From an uncultured virus (IMG/VR IMGVR_UViG_3300022516_000001) (taxonomy: Duplodnaviria > Heunggongvirae > Uroviricota > Caudoviricetes), in the IMG/VR virus record IMGVR_UViG_3300022516_000001: a DNA stretch of 64,000 nucleotides, one strand, 5' to 3'. Under the pieces are notes generated by a model. That model made no database searches. It saw nothing but the letters and a program-made list of their open reading frames with translations, and had not been told where the DNA came from. A program made the position numbers and the translations under genes. The first letter of the stretch is position 1; each line of letters starts with the position of its first letter. Shown piece by piece: positions 58,711-64,000 of the stretch.

Positions 58711-60081
58711 ATGTCAGTACTTTATTTAGCATTATTAGTTCCGATAATCGTAACTGCGATATTTTATTATTTTAAAAAACGTGAATTTACTTGGTGGGAA
58801 TTTTTTATTCCAATTGGTTCTGTCCTTGTTGCAATAATTATATCCAAATTAATTATTTCTTATTCAAGTGTTCATTTCACAGAATATTGGGGTTCAACAA
58901 TTACTGCAATTTATGAAAATGAACCATATAATTATTGGAAAACAGAAACTTGTTCCAGACAAGTTCCTTGTGGAAGTGATAGTAAAGGTAATACAACATA
59001 TTGCACAGAATATTATGATTGTTCACATCAAGAAGATGTTGCACCTCATTGGTATGCTGTTACAGATATAGATGAAAGTTTTACTATTACTGAGAAACTA
59101 CATGATGAACTTGTAAAACAATTTGGAACTACTAAAACAATTGTTGGTTCTCATAAAAATTATGCACCAAATGATGAAGGTACTGGTTGTAGTGGAACTA
59201 AATTTGAAGGTAAACGTGTAGGTAATGTTTCATACAATTATCAAACAGTTTGGAGTGGTAATGACAATACCAGAAAAGCATATACAAGTATACATACTTA
59301 TGTGAATAAAATTAAAGCCAGTGATTTATCTGTATTTAATATATCAGTTGTAAGTGAAAAGAAAGCAGATAGTCTTAAATTATTTAAATATCCTGAATAT
59401 AATGGTGGTGGACTATTTTCTATGTCACAAGGTATGGATTATCCAACAATTTTAGGTACTAATATTAATAAAGAAACACAAGAAAAATTTAAAAGACTTA
59501 ACGGTAAATTTGGTGTTAGCAATAAAATGCGACTTTGGGTGCTTATTTTTGAAAATAAGCCAGAAAAAATTGCTGAATATCAAGAAAATTATTGGGTGAA
59601 AGGTAATAAAAATGAACTTGTACTCTGTATAGGTAAAAAGGGAAATGAAATTCAATGGGCGCATTCATTTTCATGGGCAAATTCAAATGTATTAACTACA
59701 GCAGTAGCACATCAAGTATTAAATCTTTATACTTATAAAGATAGCGTAATTAAAATGCAATTACCACCAGTTAATAATAAAATGTTTAGAAATAAATTAG
59801 GAAAATTAAAACAATTACCACCAATATTTAAAGATACTACAATAAAAATTCAATCACCAAAATATCCAGTATTAACTGAAAAAACTTGGGATGACCTTTA
59901 TCAATATCTTAATCAAAATCTTAGTCAATTTAAGAAAAGAACATTTAAAGAATTTGATTATTTAACTGTTGAACCTTCAAGTACTGCAATTATTATTATA
60001 TATATAATTGCATTTCTTATTAGTATTGCTGTAAATTATTGGATAATAACGAATGATATATATGATATGAACGATGATTAA
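58711..60081 (+). CDS. membrane protein with a large extracytoplasmic domain
   Basis: Two N-terminal and one C-terminal TM segments; Cys-rich loop. Confidence 0.7.
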   Translation: MSVLYLALLVPIIVTAIFYYFKKREFTWWEFFIPIGSVLVAIIISKLIISYSSVHFTEYWGSTITAIYENEPYNYWKTETCSRQVPCGSDSKGNTTYCTEYYDCSHQEDVAPHWYAVTDIDESFTITEKLHDELVKQFGTTKTIVGSHKNYAPNDEGTGCSGTKFEGKRVGNVSYNYQTVWSGNDNTRKAYTSIHTYVNKIKASDLSVFNISVVSEKKADSLKLFKYPEYNGGGLFSMSQGMDYPTILGTNINKETQEKFKRLNGKFGVSNKMRLWVLIFENKPEKIAEYQENYWVKGNKNELVLCIGKKGNEIQWAHSFSWANSNVLTTAVAHQVLNLYTYKDSVIKMQLPPVNNKMFRNKLGKLKQLPPIFKDTTIKIQSPKYPVLTEKTWDDLYQYLNQNLSQFKKRTFKEFDYLTVEPSSTAIIIIYIIAFLISIAVNYWIITNDIYDMNDD

Positions 60082-60151
60082 AATAATAATATTTTTTAAT
60101 TGTTTATTATTTTTATAATGTTTATATTTGACAATTAAAAATATTATATAT

Positions 60152-62077
60152 ATGAATAAAGATTTTTTTAATCAAATCAAAGAGAAAAGAGAAAAACTCG
60201 AAGAAATTAAAATAAAATTAAAAGAAAAATTTATTGGAATCGATAATGTTATTGACAAAATAATCGATTATATTTCCCTCTGGTATTTAATGCCAAATAT
60301 TCAATTCAGACCACTTATAATTTCATTATGGGGTATAACTGGTGTTGGTAAAACTGATTTAGTTAGAACTCTTGTGAGCTTATTAAAATTTACTGATAAG
60401 TTCATTGAAATTCAAATGGATATGAAAAACGATTACATGAAAAACATTGAAAGTTTTTTAGAAAGTGGTGGTATTGATACAAAAGAACCTGCAGTATTAT
60501 TACTCGATGAAATTCAACGTTATCGTACTTTAGATGAAAACGGAAAAATGCTTGAAAACAAGTATTTTAATGATGTTTGGACATTACTTTCAGATGGTAG
60601 GTTTCAAAATAATTCTGAACGTAAAGTTCAAATTATGGAAATGCTTTTTGATGAAATGTATTGGCTTGATGCAAGAGATAATGAGGAAGAACCAAAAGAT
60701 ATTGAATCAAAAAAAGATGAACAATCTAATAAAATTAAAGTTTTAAAAAAACGTAGATTTAAAACCTCACATTGGACAGCAAGTAGAATAAAGAAAACTC
60801 TTAATTTAAATAATACTATTGAAGAAATAATGGAAATGGATGCAGAAGAAAGAATATTTCTGGTTCAAAATAGTTTAAAAGCTGATAATATTAATGAAGG
60901 TAAATCATATGAAAAACTTTTAATTTTTATTTCTGGAAACTTAGATAGTGCATTCAAAATGTCGGATGAAGTTGATGATAGCGATACTGATGCTGATGTA
61001 TATCATGAATTATCAAAAAGAGTTAATATTATTAATATTAAACAAGCATTATCACATCAATTTAAACCAGAACAAATTGCTCGTTTTGGAAATAATCATG
61101 TAATATATCCATGTTTAGATAAAAAATCATATTATACAATCATTAAAATGAATTGTCAAAAAATTCTTGATAAAGTAAAAAATGAGCATAATATAGATAT
61201 TAAATTATCTAATGATATATATGATATAATATATAGAAATGGTGTTTTTCCAACACAAGGTGTAAGACCAGCAATTTCAACAGTATTTAATATACTTGGA
61301 AGTAATTTACCGTATTTTATATATAATGCTTTTTGTGAAAACGTTAATGAGTTATATATTGAATATGAAAATAATAATTTATTTGTAAATATTAATAAAA
61401 AAATATATGAAAAAGAAATTGTTTTAGAAATTGACAATATTCATAAAAATAAATCTGTTGATGAAAGAATATTATATATTATACATGAAATTGGACATGC
61501 TATACTTTATTGTTTACTATTTGATACACCGCCAAAACAAATAAATATCAATGCTGCTGGTTTTAGTAAAGGTTTTATTATCGAACATGAATCAATTGAT
61601 AATAGAACATTTTTAAGAAATCAAATAGCAATATTATTAGCTGGTTTTATTGCCGAAGAAATGGTTTTTGGTGAGGAATTTAAATCTACTGGTGCATTTG
61701 CTGATATTATAAATGCAACAGATATTGCAGCAAGATATGTTAGACATTATGCTATGGATGGAACTATTTCTAATATATTAAAAAAAGAAGTAGATACATA
61801 TTACGAATCAAATTATGATGTTGAAAAAACTAATGATATTATTGAAAATATATTAGGTGAAGAAAAGAAAAGAGCAAGAGATTTATTAAATAAACACATT
61901 ACTTTATATAAAATAATTGTAAAACATTGTATTGATAATAATGATATTTCAATTGTCAATTTTTTACAATTATGTAATGAAAATGGATTAAATTTAATAC
62001 AAAAAGAAATTAATGATAAATTAATTTATTCATATGATGAAAAAGTTCAACATTTTTTAAATTTAAAAAAATTGTAA
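60152..62077 (+). CDS. AAA+ ATPase fused to an M41 (FtsH-like) metallopeptidase, no TM segments
   Basis: GITGVGKT, LLDEIQR, FKPEQIARF; HEIGH...LAGFIAEE...STGAFAD. Confidence 0.8.
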   Translation: MNKDFFNQIKEKREKLEEIKIKLKEKFIGIDNVIDKIIDYISLWYLMPNIQFRPLIISLWGITGVGKTDLVRTLVSLLKFTDKFIEIQMDMKNDYMKNIESFLESGGIDTKEPAVLLLDEIQRYRTLDENGKMLENKYFNDVWTLLSDGRFQNNSERKVQIMEMLFDEMYWLDARDNEEEPKDIESKKDEQSNKIKVLKKRRFKTSHWTASRIKKTLNLNNTIEEIMEMDAEERIFLVQNSLKADNINEGKSYEKLLIFISGNLDSAFKMSDEVDDSDTDADVYHELSKRVNIINIKQALSHQFKPEQIARFGNNHVIYPCLDKKSYYTIIKMNCQKILDKVKNEHNIDIKLSNDIYDIIYRNGVFPTQGVRPAISTVFNILGSNLPYFIYNAFCENVNELYIEYENNNLFVNINKKIYEKEIVLEIDNIHKNKSVDERILYIIHEIGHAILYCLLFDTPPKQININAAGFSKGFIIEHESIDNRTFLRNQIAILLAGFIAEEMVFGEEFKSTGAFADIINATDIAARYVRHYAMDGTISNILKKEVDTYYESNYDVEKTNDIIENILGEEKKRARDLLNKHITLYKIIVKHCIDNNDISIVNFLQLCNENGLNLIQKEINDKLIYSYDEKVQHFLNLKKL

Positions 62078-62159
62078 AATATTTTCCTTAATTTTAAAGG
62101 AAAATAACATCATAAATTTTATATTAATATAAATTTAACACTTCTTTCTTTTTAAAAAA

Positions 62160-62168
62160 GTATTTATA
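62160..62168 (+). promoter_or_regulatory. putative late promoter GTATTTATA
   Basis: Begins 23 nt before ATG 62183. Confidence 0.6.
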
Positions 62169-62182
62169 ATAAAGTCTTTATT

Positions 62183-62464
62183 ATGAATGCCGTATCATCA
62201 ATTATTGCAAATGTTAGTTTAAAGAAAATAGTGGAACTAATGGCTGTTTATATTCATGAACAAGCGTTAGAAATTCGAAAAGAAAATAACATTGAAGACG
62301 GACATATAAAAATATATTCCGATTATGTAATTTATCCAACAAATAATAACGAATATTATGCATTTCATTATGTGGTTTATATTGATAATCAAAGTGAAAG
62401 GTTTTTTATAGTATCTTGGACTCCTTCTACAGAGGATGAATTCTTAGATTCAATAAAATATTAA
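62183..62464 (+). CDS. hypothetical protein
   Basis: ORF behind a late motif. Confidence 0.55.
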   Translation: MNAVSSIIANVSLKKIVELMAVYIHEQALEIRKENNIEDGHIKIYSDYVIYPTNNNEYYAFHYVVYIDNQSERFFIVSWTPSTEDEFLDSIKY

Positions 62465-62559
62465 TTAAATTTAATTTTTTTTCGTAATATTGCATTGTTA
62501 TTTACAATTTTTGTATATCTTTGTATCATTAATTATAAAAAATAAGTTGAAATAATAAT

Positions 62560-62778
62560 ATGAGTTTTAAAGGTAAAATATATAAGCAATGTCCTGAATG
62601 TGAAGGTTATGGCAAAAAAATAAATTACTTTGATTTACCAAACCCAATAGATATTGGAATAATCTCATTACATATAATGGAGATAAAAACTGAAAGAAAA
62701 ACAAAAGCGGGAAGAAATTATTTAGAAAAAGAATTATGTGAAATGTGTGATGGTGTTGGAATGTGTTGGCAATTTTAA
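62560..62778 (+). CDS. DnaJ-type zinc finger protein
   Basis: CPECEGYG and CEMCDGVG (two CxxCxGxG motifs). Confidence 0.6.
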   Translation: MSFKGKIYKQCPECEGYGKKINYFDLPNPIDIGIISLHIMEIKTERKTKAGRNYLEKELCEMCDGVGMCWQF

Positions 62779-62803
62779 TAATAAGCTATAATTAAAAAAT
62801 AAT

Positions 62804-63373
62804 ATGGAAGAAGAAAAATTACTTGAATATAAAATGTATTTCTTCACAATTTACCAACTTACTGGTATTCAGGCTGGTATACAATGTGGTCATGCAGCAC
62901 TTGAATATGCTAATAAATATGGGAGTGATGAAGAATTTATCATTTTTGTAAGAAATTGGAAAACTTGGATTATCTTAAATGGTGGTACTACAAATGAACG
63001 TAGAGATATTGAAGGTATTGTTATGGGTAGTTTAAATCAAATTGCTGATGATTTACAACAAAACGATATACAATTTTCTTATTTTCAAGAACCAGACCTT
63101 AATGATGCACTTACTGCATTGTGTTTTATCGTAGATGAACGAGTATTTAACAGAAAAGATTATCCAGATTTTGTGGATTATATTCTTGATATTAAAATGT
63201 ATCCCGAAGCAAAAGAAGCAGCACCTGCAGAAAATATAATTATGCTTAAAACACAAAGCATGGAAAAACTACAAGAAATGTTTCCAGAATATTATAAAGA
63301 ATGGGTACGCTTCATTGGTGGGATTAAGAACGTATTCTTACGTGAATTAATTAGAGATAAAAAACTAGCATGA
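62804..63373 (+). CDS. peptidyl-tRNA hydrolase 2 (Pth2)-like protein
   Basis: GIQAGIQCGHAA, IILNGG, FQEPDLNDALTA. Confidence 0.6.
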   Translation: MEEEKLLEYKMYFFTIYQLTGIQAGIQCGHAALEYANKYGSDEEFIIFVRNWKTWIILNGGTTNERRDIEGIVMGSLNQIADDLQQNDIQFSYFQEPDLNDALTALCFIVDERVFNRKDYPDFVDYILDIKMYPEAKEAAPAENIIMLKTQSMEKLQEMFPEYYKEWVRFIGGIKNVFLRELIRDKKLA

Positions 63374-63374
63374 T

Positions 63375-63962
63375 ATGATACGTAAAATTTTAAATTTACC
63401 TAATAAAACACAAAAAGCATTTCTTCAGAATAATAAAGAAATTGTTTTGAAGAAATGTGATGTTATTGCACGTAAAGAAATTGAAGAACAGCAAGATAAT
63501 AAACTTTTTCATGATGGTCAGTGTCCAATATGTAAAAGTAGAAAAAATATTATAAATCGAATTGTTTGTGTTCAAAATACTGGCAATATTAATATTAAAA
63601 TAAGTTTTATTAATATCAAAGGTATTATGATAATAAATACACGTGAAATAAACCATTGTAATTCATGTAGTAATGAATGGGAAAAATATAAAACCAAACC
63701 AATATCTCAAACTAATATATTATATATTGCTTTTAAATATTTAAAAGATATTTTAAATAATCCGGAAAATAAACGTGATTGGAAAATGGAAACCATACAG
63801 GTTTTTGAAAATTCATATGCAGAAACCCTATATGAACTTAATAAATGGATAAGAACTGATATAAAATTATCTGTTTTAAGACAACATTATAAATCGATTT
63901 ATGATAAATCAAGATTTCCACAAGTTTCTCAATCATTTATTGATAAATATATTAAAGAATAA
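63375..63962 (+). CDS. zinc-ribbon hypothetical protein
   Basis: CPIC...CNSC. Confidence 0.6.
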   Translation: MIRKILNLPNKTQKAFLQNNKEIVLKKCDVIARKEIEEQQDNKLFHDGQCPICKSRKNIINRIVCVQNTGNINIKISFINIKGIMIINTREINHCNSCSNEWEKYKTKPISQTNILYIAFKYLKDILNNPENKRDWKMETIQVFENSYAETLYELNKWIRTDIKLSVLRQHYKSIYDKSRFPQVSQSFIDKYIKE

Positions 63963-64000
63963 AAAAAGATTTTAAAAAATTATGAAATATCCATTTGAAT

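Noticed and set aside
2988..63656. Short overlapping or antisense ORFs in the track (e.g. 5375-5743, 18259-18519, 27794-28243, 58028-58366)
   Set aside because: They lie inside longer motif-bearing genes and look like shadow frames of AT-rich codon usage
1..64000. CRISPR array, rRNA, integrase or IS transposase
   Set aside because: I saw no regularly spaced repeats or recognisable motifs by eye

Overview
This is a very AT-rich, densely coding 64 kb segment of a large tailed (jumbo-type) bacteriophage using the standard genetic code. The host is probably a Bacteroidota, because TAnnTTTG promoter boxes recur and starts are A-rich with no Shine-Dalgarno sites. 1-35 kb (+): baseplate/tail-like structural genes, RuvC-like resolvase, primase, ECF-like sigma factor, ArdC-like protein, Hsp20 (-), an SbcD-SbcC (Mre11-Rad50) fusion split by one in-frame TAA, dCMP deaminase, a probable processed internal head protein, GH25 lysin and patatin. 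35-46.6 kb (-): lytic transglycosylase, DEDD exonucleases, HAD and HD hydrolases, thioredoxin and homing endonucleases. 46.7-64 kb (+): a J-domain/pseudokinase + vWA + divergent PurA-like ligase + ATP-grasp cluster, DNA ligase, a gp55-like sigma factor, a tRNA-like RNA followed by RNA ligase, radical SAM and Thg1-like genes, an AAA+/M41 protease and a Pth2-like protein. Three promoter classes can be read from the sequence: TAnnTTTG, TGTAAC-N16/17-CGT and GTATTTAT. The best candidates for an undescribed system are the pseudokinase/vWA/PurA-like cluster and the tRNA-like RNA locus. All product calls are by motif recognition by eye; no searches were run.
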